Both the position numbers and the translations under genes were made by a program. A stretch of 64,000 bases of DNA from Macrostomum lignano (Eukaryota), in contig NIVC01000083.1 of the NCBI GenBank assembly GCA_002269645.1, positions 310,001 to 374,000 on the forward strand. Direction: 5' to 3'. Positions 1-23,404 of this stretch are shown here, piece after piece; the first letter of the stretch is position 1; each line of letters starts with the position of its first letter. The notes under the pieces are model-generated. The model was not told the DNA's origin, searched no databases, and worked only from the letters and a program-made list of their open reading frames with translations.

Positions 1-625
1 TTGGAGGTATTGGATTAGCGATTCTAGGTATGGGATAAGCAATTCTAGGCATGTGATTAGCGATTCGAGGTATGGGATTAGCGATTCGAGGTATGGGATT
101 AGCGATTCGAGGTATGGGATTAGCGATTGGAGGTATGGGATTAGCGATTCGAGGTATGGGATTAGCGATTGGAGGTATGGGATTAGCGATTCGAGGTATG
201 GGATTAGCGATTCGAGGTATGGGATTAGCGATTCGAGGTATGGGATTAGCGATTCGAGGTATGGGATTAGCGATTGGAGGTATGGGATTAGCGATTCTAG
301 GTATGGGATTAGCGATTCGAGGTATGGAATTAGCGATTGGAGGTATGGGATTAGCGATTCGAGGTATGGGATTAGCGATTCGAGGTATGGGATTAGCGAT
401 TCGAGGTATGGAATTAGCGATTGGAGGTATGGGATTAGCGATTCGAGGTATGGGATTAGCGATTCGAGGTATGGGATTAGCGATTCGAGGTATGGGATTA
501 GCGATTCGAGGTATGGAATTAGCGATTGGAGGTATGGGATTAGCGATTCGAGGTATGGGATTAGCGATTCTAGGCATGGGATAAGTGATTTATAGCATGG
601 TATTAAGGATTTAAAGTATGGGATT
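1..625. repeat. 21-bp tandem minisatellite (GGGATTAGCGATTCGAGGTAT), intronic
   Basis: Direct repeat visible from base 1. It decays toward the acceptor cttacag at 651-657. ORFs 53..595 and 72..584 are its periodic translations. Confidence 0.95.
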
Positions 626-657
626 AACGATTCTTGGTGTGATAATAGTGCTTACAG

Positions 658-3075
658 TTCCCTGATAAGCTTTGCCATGTAAAACAGCCAACCGCCGCCC
701 TCTCAACCAAACCAGGCCGCACGTACAGCGGTGCCAGTGTCGCGTCAGCCGAGTCGGGCCTCGGCAGCCTGCACCGCGGCGACAGCCCCGCCTTTCACGC
801 CAGATTCTCGACGTCGACGTCGACTTCGTCGGGTCGAAACTCCGCGGTTGCTACGGCCTCCGCCGCCGCCGCTGCAGCAGCCGCCGCCGCCGCAACCTAC
901 GCGTCCGCCTCCAGCGGCGGAATGTCGAACCTGCCGCCAGATCTGGACGAGCTCGACTTTTTGTCGCAGCCCGACGGCGTCGGGACCGCCTGTTCGCAGA
1001 GCAGCGACTCTTTCAGCCCGCTGACTGTTCTGACATCCACCGCTAGCGGGCCGCTGGGCATCCCCGGCGCCACCAGTCCCTACAGCCCGTCTGCCTTCCG
1101 GTCGACAATGTCGTCGCATGGATCGGCGGCTGTCGGTCCGCTGCCATTTCAGTCTGGAGCTGGCGGCACGTTTGAGGTTGGCTAATCCGCTGCCGGGATA
1201 TCAAAGATGAATACTCCTCAATATCGGGAGAAATCGCCTCTAATGTAGAGAAATCGCCTCTAATGTAGAGAAATCGCCCTATAATGTAGAGAAATCGCCT
1301 CTAATGTAGAGAAATCGCCTCTAAATGTAGAGAAATCGCCTCTAAATGTAGAGAAATCGCCTCTAAATGTAGAGAAATCGCCTCTAATGTAGAGAAATCG
1401 CCTCTAATGTAGAGAAATCGCCTCTAATGTAGAGAAATCGCCTCTAAATGTAGAGAAATCGCCTCTAAATGTAGAGAAATCGCCTCTAAATGTAGAGAAA
1501 TCGCCTCTAAATGTAGAGAAATCGCCTCTAATGTAGAGAAATCGCCTCTAAATGTAGAGAAATCGCCTCTAAATGTAGAGAAATCGCCTCTAAATGTAGA
1601 GAAATCGCCTCTAATGTAGAGAAATCGCCTCTAATGTAGAGAAATCGCCTCTAATGTAGAGAAATCGCCTCTAAATGTAGAGAAATCGCCTCTAAATGTA
1701 GAGAAATCGCCTCTAATGTAGAGAAATCGCCTCTAATGTAGAGAAATCGCCTCTAAATGTAGAGAAATCGCCTCTAATGTAGAGAAATCGCCTCTAAATG
1801 TAGAGAAATCGCCTCTAAATGTAGAGAAATCGCCTCTAAATGTAGAGAAAACTCTTGAAAACAACGCGCAGGCCGCCTCAGGTCGTCACCGAATGAACAG
1901 CGACCAGTCGTCAGCGATGTCCCCGAACTTCGCGCAGAGTCCCATCCTCATCAGCAGCAGCAGCCCGTTCGCCAACCCGGGTGTCGATCTCGAGCGACTG
2001 CAATTCCAGCAGGAGGTCCTCAGGGCGCAGGACGAGGCTCGGCGAATGCGCGAAGCGATGCAGCGAGCTCAGCAAGAGCGAGACGATGCTCAACGACAGC
2101 TGGAATCTGTGCGAGCCCAGCTGCGCGACATCTCGGCTCTGGCTGAGCAGCACTCGCAGTCGAAAGATTTGCTCAGCTTGTCTGCCGAGGAATTGGAAGA
2201 GTTGAAGCAGAAATTGCATCGGCACTTGCAGACTGCGCAACAGGTGAGGACTTTGTGGTTTTTTGTACTCAGCATTTAGGATCTTAGATTCACAGCTTTG
2301 GGATATTGGATTCACGGTTTAGGGTCTTGGATTCACAGTTTTGGGATCTTGGATTCACGGTTTTGGTATCTTGGATTCACAGTATAGGTATCTTGGATTC
2401 ACGGTTCAAGATTGGGATCCTATATTAACCATTAAGGAATTCCTACCCGAGAATTAATTTGATGTGTTGGATGGATGATTCAGATTTTCAGTTATGATTA
2501 ATATAATTAATTATAGATTTTCTTGTTATTATCTACTTGGGTATTGGGATCAACTTCGTTAATTGGCATCTGTTACAGTGGTAAAGTTCTCGATAATTAG
2601 GATCTATCTTCGTGTGGTGGCACCAGTCAGTAAGTTATTCTAAATTAGGTCGTTTACATGTTAATCATTTGCCATTTTGTGTGTTTCTATTTTTAGAACA
2701 TCTTATATCTTTATAAGGCGTAACCCCTTTTGTTTCTATTTTTAGCTCACCCAGGAGGATTCCAGTCCGCCACGTCAACCCGGCGTGACCTCTGCTAGCG
2801 GCGGCGGCGGTCTGAATCTGAGCGCCAGCATCGACAGTCTGGGCTTCAGCGCCGCGCTCTCCACTGTCGAAGAGCTGTCCGGCGACGTGACGCCGAATCC
2901 AGGCACCAGCGAGAGCGCCAGTCTCAACAATAGCGTGAATAATCGATTCGTGTTCAGTCGCGATTCTCTGCAGATGAAAGAGCAGCAGATTAATCAACAG
3001 TCTGTCCAGTCAGACAAAGTCGAACAGCAGGACAAGGCCAAGGCTGAGCAGAGCGAGCAGTTGGAAATTTCCTAA
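658..3075 (+). CDS. 3' part (last three exons) of a low-complexity/coiled-coil protein; weak resemblance to the Unkempt C-terminal half
   Basis: Exons 658-1176 (tacag|TTC...GAG|gttggc), 1872-2243 (cgcag|GCC...CAG|gtgagg) and 2746-3075 (tttag|CTC...TAA). All junctions are phase 0 and join into one open frame. Coiled-coil segment QQEVLRAQDEARRMREAMQRAQQERDD..KDLLSLSAEELEELKQKLHRHLQ. The 5' exons lie outside the window. Confidence 0.75.
1228..1848. repeat. 20/21-bp tandem minisatellite (GTAGAGAAATCGCCTCTAA[A]T) filling an intron
   Basis: Near-perfect units that differ by one A, occupying intron 1177-1871. Confidence 0.95.
2280..2406. repeat. Degenerate 22-bp tandem repeat (GATCTTGGATTCACAGTTTTGG), intronic
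   Basis: About six diverged units shortly after the donor at 2244. Confidence 0.8.
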
Positions 3076-6000
3076 TTTAATCACGATTTCTACATGCGCG
3101 CGTATGAACAGCGACATCGTGCAATGGATAGAAAAACAAATTAGTGCAGTGTGCAAGGCCTTTTTTTAACAAATTCGTTGATTCTTCTTGGTTAGCGTTT
3201 TTTTGTTATAAACCGCAAATTAATTCTATATTTTACAGCATATCTATTTCTTTTGAAGAATAGTTTGCAATGTTTATTCGTCTTTAAATTCTAACTGTTG
3301 TTAATCTCGCGGTTCGGCGTTTTTTTGTTTTTCTCCGTTTTGCGGTGATGTCAACCGTTTTAAACACTGATTTAGCGTGACATAGCTCGTTCTAAATATG
3401 TTTATAGCACGTATTATTAAAATTAGTTTGTTAGTTTCTTGGTTATAGTTTAGTTTTTTATCAATTTTTAATTGTACATAGTTTTTTGTAGAGCAAAGAA
3501 AATATTTTGTTATATCCAGACGCCAATCTTTGTTTTAATTTGCAGGCATCATTGACAGCTTGCTTGTAAAAGTAAATTATTTTTTAACGCGTGACTTTTT
3601 TTAAAGTAGCACTTGGCAAATATATTAGATAGCCATATTTATTAATTCACTTATGCGTTTTCAAAATCCGTAGATTTATAGATTTTTAACAAACTTGTGG
3701 TTAAACCCGGAATTTAGATAAACAGAATAAATAATTAAATGCCAAAGTTAATTTTCAGTATAAAAAAAGAAATAACTTTCGGTGGTGGCATGACGCAGAA
3801 AAAACATTTTTGTTTGTTTAGATTCATAACTTTTTAAAGATATTTTATGTAGCAGCGGTGTCGTTCTGATCTGCGTGTTTTGCTAGCCTTTTTGTGTTTT
3901 TTTGCGTAGCGTTACAATTTATTCAGATTTTTTGTACATGAATGAAAATTATTGGTGTATTCTGTCTTTACCGTTAATATGAAAAATTTGGGACAAAGAA
4001 ATTTGTAATGTCGTTATTATAACTACCCTGTTTATTAACTCGTCTCATCGTTTGGTGGCCATAAAATTAAACTAACGTAATTATAGTTTACGTTTTTAAA
4101 ACTAACAATAGCTTTTCTAATTAAAAATTTCGCAGTTTTGGACTATCGAATTCCAATGTAATATGTGACAACTATTAATCCTCTATCGATGGTATTATGA
4201 AAATACAAATAGTCACTGATGTACTTTAGTCAACCACAAATCGCAAAATATTATGGTAGAATGTTTCACAATGAACGAGTATATAGCTAGGCAAATTATC
4301 CTAAAAAAACACCAGCCCAAATATTAAATGCAGACAAAAAATAATGTTAGACACGTTAGACCACCCCTTACGCACTTTAGTTCTCCAACTCAACTGATTT
4401 GCACAAACATTCACTTGTAAAAACTGTTTATAACAATGCTTGTTTCGTAAAATTACAAGCGTATAAGTGGATTTTTATGGGTTTGCATGGATTCAATATA
4501 CATGTAACTATGTAATTCTAACTTTTTTATTTGTTGCATTATAATTACAAAATTTAATGTAATTTAATACTACGCTCGGTCTCGGCTATTATATAATATA
4601 CTTTCGGTTTAATTTTTTTCTCTTTAAAATACAATCTTTCGTCAAGCACTCTGGGCTACTCGTCAATTATCATTCTGGCGCATAAATTGTAATAAAATTT
4701 ATGTACCGTATGCATCGTTTTTGGAAACAATTGTTACTTAGCTAAGTGTCGAATGCAGGGTTAATTTTTTTGTTATTAAGACAAGCATTCCCCAGGGCAG
4801 TATTGAAACCTATATTTTATTCACTAAACTGCAGTGTTTTGTTCTCCCATAGTCAATATTTATATTTTTGTGCATTGTAAATTTCTAGAAGCTAAATTAA
4901 TTTTTTAGGTTTTTGTTTTAATGCTTCATTTGATTCTAGGAAATATCGACCGGCTTTACCATTTTACGGTCGTATAGTTTTTTCTTTGTAAAACAGGTTT
5001 TTTAATATCCAAAATTTTAAGGTGCAACCTGTAGATTTTGACAAAGGAAACTCACTCATCCTTATGAAAACAAAAGAAAAGATTCTCGATTTACATAGCT
5101 TTCTAATTATTTACTTTATGAGGCCTTGTTGTGCGTTTACTATACAGTTTTGTCGGTTCTCAACCTCCTTATAACCTTTTCTGTCTCTATTTCCAATAAC
5201 TCTATCACCGGATAATTTTGGATCATAAAAATTCCTTCGACAAACTTATTAACGTATCGGCATTCGATTTAAAATTTCTTTCTTTCTCTCGCTCTCTCAA
5301 TATCGTGCATTTACTGAGCATTTTGAAGTCGGTCTTCGTCTTCAAAGCAACATGCTTGTTCGTGCCATCCGCCATCTGCATTTCACCTTTCTACTAATAA
5401 TAAAACATGCCTATATGAGGCTCTGATTATTCTCTTGTTGGCTTTAATAACTATTATTAGGTTTTTGTCACTTGTGCTAATCGTGATAGTTTAGCTATTT
5501 CAATGTACCTCGTAACTTTTTATAATGTGGATTGACTCGAGAAAGTTATTTTAACCAGCGCGATTTTTTCTTGTGTAACCAATTTTTTAACGCTTGTGTA
5601 TCCATATGCTACTCATCAGTGTTATATTGACTGCAGTACTTTTTTTAACAATTTGCTGTGCACCCTACTTGCAGTCAGTAGAGTAGTTAGACTAGTGTAA
5701 TCATTTTGTTTAGAGACGCGACTTCTGTTGTTCTGTAATTTTACTACCATTGCGCTGCAGGGTAACGTGTTAATGATTATTACCCCATGCTTAACACACT
5801 ATTGAAATCACCTTCTTATTATACAGAGCGGTTAATAACAAAACAATTTTTTAGTAATTTTTGTGTTATTCTAAATATTTAATTTCAACGTAAATATATC
5901 CTTACGGCAGTTTAATTTTTTGCTTACTGCCAGATTTTTTGGGGTTAAACAAAACGATAAGACACTTCTTACTTGTGACTTTATGTAATGCAGTCTTTAA

Positions 6001-7096
6001 AAATTATATAGTACAAAACCAAGTGGTCCAAGGAGAGAGAGAGCAATCAAGCATCAGTTAATTTGCAAATTATCTGAATGACACTACAATAAAACGAAGA
6101 AATTTGAATATGTTGATATTTCTATATTTTAAATTATATAAATTAATCATTCTAGTTTAAACAAATTATTTAAAATTGAAACTATGGCTAAACTACTAAG
6201 AGCAGTAGTTAGCTTCGCTAATCAACAAAGACCTAGCAAGTTATCTCAATCATTACGGAATTCTTAGTATAGGGCAGAAAAAAGAAAAACGAACATTTAA
6301 AAGTTAAGATTAAGAATGAAAAAATCAATACGCAAAAATTAGCTACGCAAAATTATAACAAAAAACGTACGATCATCAGATTTAACCGAAGCGGACTTGA
6401 CTAACAGTAAAAAATTATTATTCAATTTAACGCTTTAAAACGAGTGGAGGATTAATGTTGAAAATTTAATAAGCATTTTAGCTTGATAATAAGCGGAATA
6501 AGACAACACATAACAGAAAAGAGGGCTAGCTTGAGACACGTAATCAAAAACATTAATCATTCATTACTTTTTTATAATTGTAGCCTGTCAAAATCAAGGT
6601 CTATCGGGCAACAATTTAAATAGATTGCGATCCTAACACCCAAAAGATTGATTTTTACGAGTGTAGCATATTTATTCGCAGAGGGAAAGCGTTTGCCAAA
6701 ACAAAATTTACGATCGATCCAACGGTCACGCGGCAAGATTACTACTAGCTCATTATCTTTATCTATACACTACTAGTAGCATAGCAAGTCTGCCAATAAT
6801 AGCTAGTCAAAGGATGTGTTTTAAGTTAAAAACCGAAACGTGTGCAAGATAACAAACGGCAACGGGGGAGGGCCGTAGGGGTGGTGGCTGGATGGCTTAG
6901 AGGGGTAGAAAAGTCGGTAAACTGATAAGTGAACACTGACTGATAACGAGAGAGAGAGAGAGAGAGAGAGAAAGCGTCCTTCAAAGGTGGCCGGAAAGTG
7001 GGGCGAAGGGTAGAAAAATAGATCGTAAACTGTCTGTACATTTTAAGTGTACAACTGGTTCTAGCTAGTAAGCTAGCCAAAGAAAGGAATAACCTG

Positions 7097-7133
<37 letters not shown>

Positions 7134-7859
7134 TCAAAGCAAGCCAGGGTCTAGACTAAAGGCGTAGAAAAACTTAAAGTACATCTTTGGGGTGGTGGCT
7201 TCAGATTACCGGCCTAGTGTGTTAGAAAATAATAAAATGAAAGGTCAACAAGACAGCCAAAGTGACGCTAATTGAAAATCGATAATTTTGATGTATCTAC
7301 ACACGTGTACGCAATTAACAACATCGTCGATGTAGGCATTAGACTTGTTGATAACAGCAGAATTGCTATGCTACATGAGTAAACAGTACACATAGGTCAT
7401 CAGAGCAGTATGACCAAACTCGTCCATATTTTTGTACTCAATATTATTCAGATTTATTCAATAATGGGAAAATGTTCAATTAATTGCACATACATGTCTA
7501 TGGAGGAGATATCAATGCAATTTTTTTATTCGGCATTAAGCGGGTTATATCACATTATTGTCCAGTTCTGAGTAGGAGAATGCAGAAAACTTATATAATT
7601 TTTACTTTGTAATGGTTTTCAACTTCCCAAATAATTAGAAAAAGGGATTTGTGTGATCGGAGTATAATAGGCGCAACAATTGATAAACATGCTTTTTATA
7701 CATATAAAGAAATCAACTATTCGAATAAATAAACAAAAATAACAGTTCATTTATTGATAACTGGTAGGGATTAACACAAATGTAGTCGATTATGCAGTGA
7801 GGAGGAGACAGAGTACGGCATTTAACTAGTTGGCCCTTTCCAATCAGGTCAAACGGAGC

Positions 7860-18880
<11,021 letters not shown>

Positions 18881-20046
18881 GACTGATCCAACTGGTTGAG
18901 TAGTTTGGCTGCAAGTGTGAAGGCATTATATAGATTAAAAATACCTTAACATTGAATGCATCATTTTGCTTTTGTAGAATAGAGAAAACAAGCACAATTT
19001 TATACAAGATTTTACTTGGATTATTTTTGTCAAAAATAGTTTTAATAAACAGAGTATAACAAATAACTATAACATTTACATTAATTTACATTAACAAAGT
19101 ATAAAATTTATACTATTGCGCATAGAAACATGTTTCTTTCAAATGCCTACTCTAGATACATATTAACTAACATACCAAAGAAAATATGTTTTTATTTTCT
19201 TTGTCATTCAATATTGTCTAAAATTAAACTATACACATCATGTTGATTGCATTAAAATTTAAACTTATAAGCTTGGCTAGGTTAGCCAGTTGCTGCCTAT
19301 ATATATTCATATCTATAGGCCTTACTCTTATAGACCATTTAACTAGAGCTATCTACCTTTTATCTAGACTTAAGGATTTAGAAAGTATATTTAGGCTTAT
19401 ACTTTTTCTTAATCTAATGAAAGCATTATTCATTTTTTTTAAATTGGCACACTTAAAAAATTAAAGAAAATATTAAGCCTAGTTCATTAAGTTTCATTAA
19501 CTGTGTACAAGGGGTTTTATAAAACAAACATGCTAATAAGGCTTAGTCAGCAAAGATAAATGAAGATGAAATCTATTAACAGTAAGCCTTTTATCATATA
19601 CTTATATAATAAAAGTATTTAAAGTACATCTTATATAATTGTATTTTCTTATTGCATATTGCAAAAGTGCATAATTTATAAGTTTGTTATTCTATATGAA
19701 AAATAAATTTAAAAATGATAGAATACAAACCTCGTCCTATGACCTATACTTTTCCCCCAACAGACCCAGCATATATTAATTATACAATTCAAACTATGGA
19801 CTTGCACCTATTTTCAAATAGATTTGAATATCATTTTTAGTATGCCAAATAGAACTTTTTTAAATTCAAGCATGCCAAATATGCATGTCAATAAATTATA
19901 AAAGGCTCATGTGTGTCACAAAATTCTGGCATATAGGACACCTTCTTGACTATGGTGGTTAAAAGACATTAAAAGAAAAAATGAATAAATATCAAGAAAA
20001 AATAAAAACAATCCTTTTGCACTAAAATTTATGTTAATAAATCAAA

Positions 20047-20751
20047 TAGTGGCACAACCAGGGGGTGGGGTAGGGGGGCAGTTGCCCTTCCTTTAGGTGG
20101 AGAAACTTAAAAAATCAAAGAGGGACCAAGCAAATTTTTGCCAATAACAGAGCCTGAAAAAGAACCATCCCTTTGCCCTCTCCTGGCCACACTCTAGATC
20201 ATGTAGTATATGCCCAAAAATTCAGGTGTGCATTGGCCTTGCACGCCAAAATTAGGCATGCACAGTTGGCATGCATCACTCCTGAGAAAATAGTATACGT
20301 GCACACCTGGCATGCACTTTATAGAATCATGTGTAAGAGTTATTGTAAAGTTGAAAAAAGAATAACAAAGTTCAATTTCAAGTGCAAATTTCAAGCATTC
20401 CAGTTTTTTCAAGCTTGTAAAAGAGCATTTAAACAAATCTCTAAGTGTATAAATTTTCTGCTGTAAATAATATTGTTGAAAGAGCATAAAAAGCAACCAA
20501 ATTATCTGGTAATAAGGCTCTATTATGCATTTTATTGTCAACATAAAAAAGACCATTTATTGTTGCAACACCAGCGTATTTTTTAGAATGGCCATGCACT
20601 TAAATTTTTTTTGGTGTGCATTTGTGATTATTCAATTTTTGTTTGGGCATGTACCCAGCATGATCTATACTAGGGCCTATGGCCTCCTGGGACTTTAGGC
20701 CTATTCTCTAGAACCTACCCCCCCCCCTCAAAATTGCTGGTTGAACTACTA
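20047..20751. mobile_element. Old MITE-like element (imperfect 15-bp TIRs) containing a nested second MITE
   Basis: TAGTGGCACAACCAG (20047-61) versus the reverse complement of 20737-51 (TAGTAGTTCAACCAG), with G-rich and C-rich subterminal tracts. Confidence 0.5.
20187..20682. mobile_element. Degenerate copy of the CCATAG-terminal MITE family seen at 34297-34798
   Basis: Ends CCACACTCTAGATCATGTAGT... and ...GCATGATCTATAC..CTATGG. Flanks TCTCCTGG/CCTCCTGG match at 7 of 8 positions. Internal GCACGCC motifs. Confidence 0.6.
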
Positions 20752-21849
20752 AAACAAAAAGGTATTTTCATATTTTTAAAGGCACATCAGCTTAACAAAA
20801 AAATAATATTCAATTTGATTATTCTAATAAAATAAATATACTAGGCTAGGCCCTATGACCTGGATGCAGTATTTTACTGTTAGATTAAAACCTCCTTTCT
20901 GTTTTTAATGTCTAATTATAATTTATAACTAAGGCACTAAAAAGCAAACTAGGGTACTTGATAGCACAGATATGGGATACCTTCTCTAGAACAATTAGAT
21001 GTTTTATTGCCTAGCATAGGCCCTATTAATAGCACTATTTTTATAAGTGTACACCAAGTCCCTGTATTACAGAATGATAAAATATTAAAATTAATTTTTT
21101 TAAAATATTGGATTCTACTCTCAAGTCAAAGCTTGCTGAAGGAAAAAGCTGAAATAAAAGGTAAAACATGGCTAAAAAACAAGAATGCTGAAAACAAGAA
21201 TGGATAAAAAATGCACAGAATTGTTAATGTTTACAGAATACTATTTGCACATTGCCATAAAGACTTTTGATCAAATAACAGTCCAGAAATTTTACTATAC
21301 ATTAGGCCCAGCTATTTATTTCGAACATGTATTCTAATTTTCTGATAGTGAGTTGCGAGTCTCGAAATTTAGTAGTAGTAGTAAGAGAATTTGGCTCAGG
21401 CAATTAGCCTGTTTGGCCAATATATTATAGAGCTATGTATTTGGAATTTTCGAATATAGAAGTTTATAAAGACGATTTGACGACGATTTGCTAAGTTATT
21501 GTAAAAGATAAAGTATTTGAAAGCGCGCCAGAATTTTTACGGTATTTTTAGACGAAAAGTGACGACTAACAACTAACAACGAGTATAAATATTAATACAA
21601 AAATGAGTACAAATTACGAGGTATAGCTTTAATTGCGAGATTACTTTGGTAAGCGAGTTTGTAAAAAAAAAAAAAGACTTTTAGTATTTTTGAAAGCGCG
21701 TGATATTTCAAAGCGTGAAAAACGAACATAAACAATACTTCGAAAGAATTTTACTTTTAACGAATAACGACGATTTAAATATAGGAAATTAAAAAAGACA
21801 GTAAATGAATAAACAACTGAAAAGCGGATTTGTTACACTGCTGATGTAT

Positions 21850-23100
21850 CTGATTCAGTTTGTTTAACTGTTTTAGCTATTCATGACTTCATATATTTTA
21901 GCTACACCAGTGAGCTCTTTTCTGACTCTTTTTTCATTAGTAGCATATCCTATCTTGTGTATTTGATTGCTATTTAAGAGGTATTGACAGAAGTATTTTA
22001 TCCTGATCTCTTCAGTTTGTGGACATTCGGTCAAGTAGTGTAGAATGTCAGAACCATTTCGCGCTCCACACATTTTACATGGTTCTTGAGAAAAAAAGTT
22101 GGGTGTAATCTCGCATTTCAGTTTTAGGAGGGTTGTTAAGAATTTTTTGTTTCTAAATGTACATGGAAAGAAATCTGAAAGGTCGGGCCTGCAGATTTTT
22201 TTGTAGAGATAGGCGTTTTTGTACGTAGAGTTTAATATGTTGCTGATTCTCTAGCTTTTGGCTAAGTTCTCTTTCTCTGTGTATCTTGAGGTGCTTTTTC
22301 ACTAGGTATTTCTCGTTATTAAAGCTTTGGGAAAGTTTATCTTCAGTTAGTGCTTTTAGGTCTATACTTTCTAGTTTCTTTAGTACATTCATTTTCCATG
22401 GATTTTTTTGGCCGGTGTTTGAGTAGAAAATTTCTAGAGTCGTTTGGCAGAGTTTTTTGTGTCTAATCTTCAGCCAGTAGATGAGGTAGGTTTTAGCGAT
22501 TCGTTGAGAGATTGGAGTAAGCTCAAGTTCTGATGATACCACACTGTTGCTAGCAAATTTTGGTAGATTGAGGAGATATTTGTAGAATTTCAGCTGAATA
22601 TTATCAATAGCTTTTGTATCAGACATGGTAGCCAGAGGGCCCCAGAGCTCACAACCGTAAGTGATAACGGGGTAACAAGCGCGTCAAATAGTCTGCGAAT
22701 GAGTGTGATGTCTAGGGACGTATTCTTTACCCTATGGAGTAGGGAAAACATGGCTGTATATCCCTGCTTAGTTTGGTGTTCAATACATTTTTTAAAGCTG
22801 TTTTTTGGTTCAAAAATAATTCCCAGGTATTTAAATTCATTTACTTCCTCTATTTCTTGGTTGTCGTAGTATATTTTTGTAGCAATGCTTTCTGTGTCGT
22901 TTTTTTGTCTGGTATTGCCCTGCATGAACTTTGTTTTGCTTGCGTTTACTTTCAAGTAATTTTGTTTGCAGTAATTTTCCATAGTCGTAAATGTGTCTTG
23001 AAGTTCGTCTTTGTTTTTAGCTAGAATGGCTTGATCGTCTGCAAAGAGTAGACGTCAGTCTCGCCGTTTATATTGCGAAATATTTTTGCAGGAAATGTCC
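21850..23100 (-). mobile_element. 5'-truncated, frameshifted non-LTR retrotransposon (RT C-terminal half plus C-terminal Cys/His motif)
   Basis: RLLFADDQAIL near 23020-23055; LKVNASKTKFM; EVNEFKYLGIIF; LFDALVTP; CGARNGSDILHYLTECP. Split over three ORFs (22590..22982, 22153..22626, 21873..22073). Confidence 0.85.
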
Positions 23101-23320
23101 TATCTTTTAAAAAAAGCTAAACATGTTGTGTGTATCACTTTAAGCAATAAGTTTCTAACACTTTTTTTTAATTACATGTCAGAATTAAAAGGGTAAACAA
23201 TTTACCTCTTTTTTTAATTAATGTTTGTGTTTTTTTTTGTTTTACCACCTGTATCCAGAGTCTATATATATGAAATCAAATTGGACATTTTCGTCATAAT
23301 AATTTGTTTACCCTCAGGGT

Positions 23321-23404
23321 ATGCAATTTTCTCAAAACCAGCCGACCTCAAGGCAGTCGCGTTGTAGCCTCTACGGGAACCAAACATGGCGAAGCTTTCT
23401 TTAA
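23321..23404 (+). promoter_or_regulatory. Candidate upstream ORF overlapping the antizyme ORF1 start
   Basis: ATG at 23321, three nt after the acceptor ccctcag (23311-17), reads MQFSQNQPTSRQSRCSLYGNQTWRSFL*. The stop at 23402-04 lies downstream of the antizyme ATG (23386) in another frame. Confidence 0.45.

Noticed and set aside
5240-5390. Short minus-strand ORF MQMADGTNKHVALK...
   Set aside because: Under 60 codons, AT-rich, no recognisable motif; lies between convergent 3' UTR regions.
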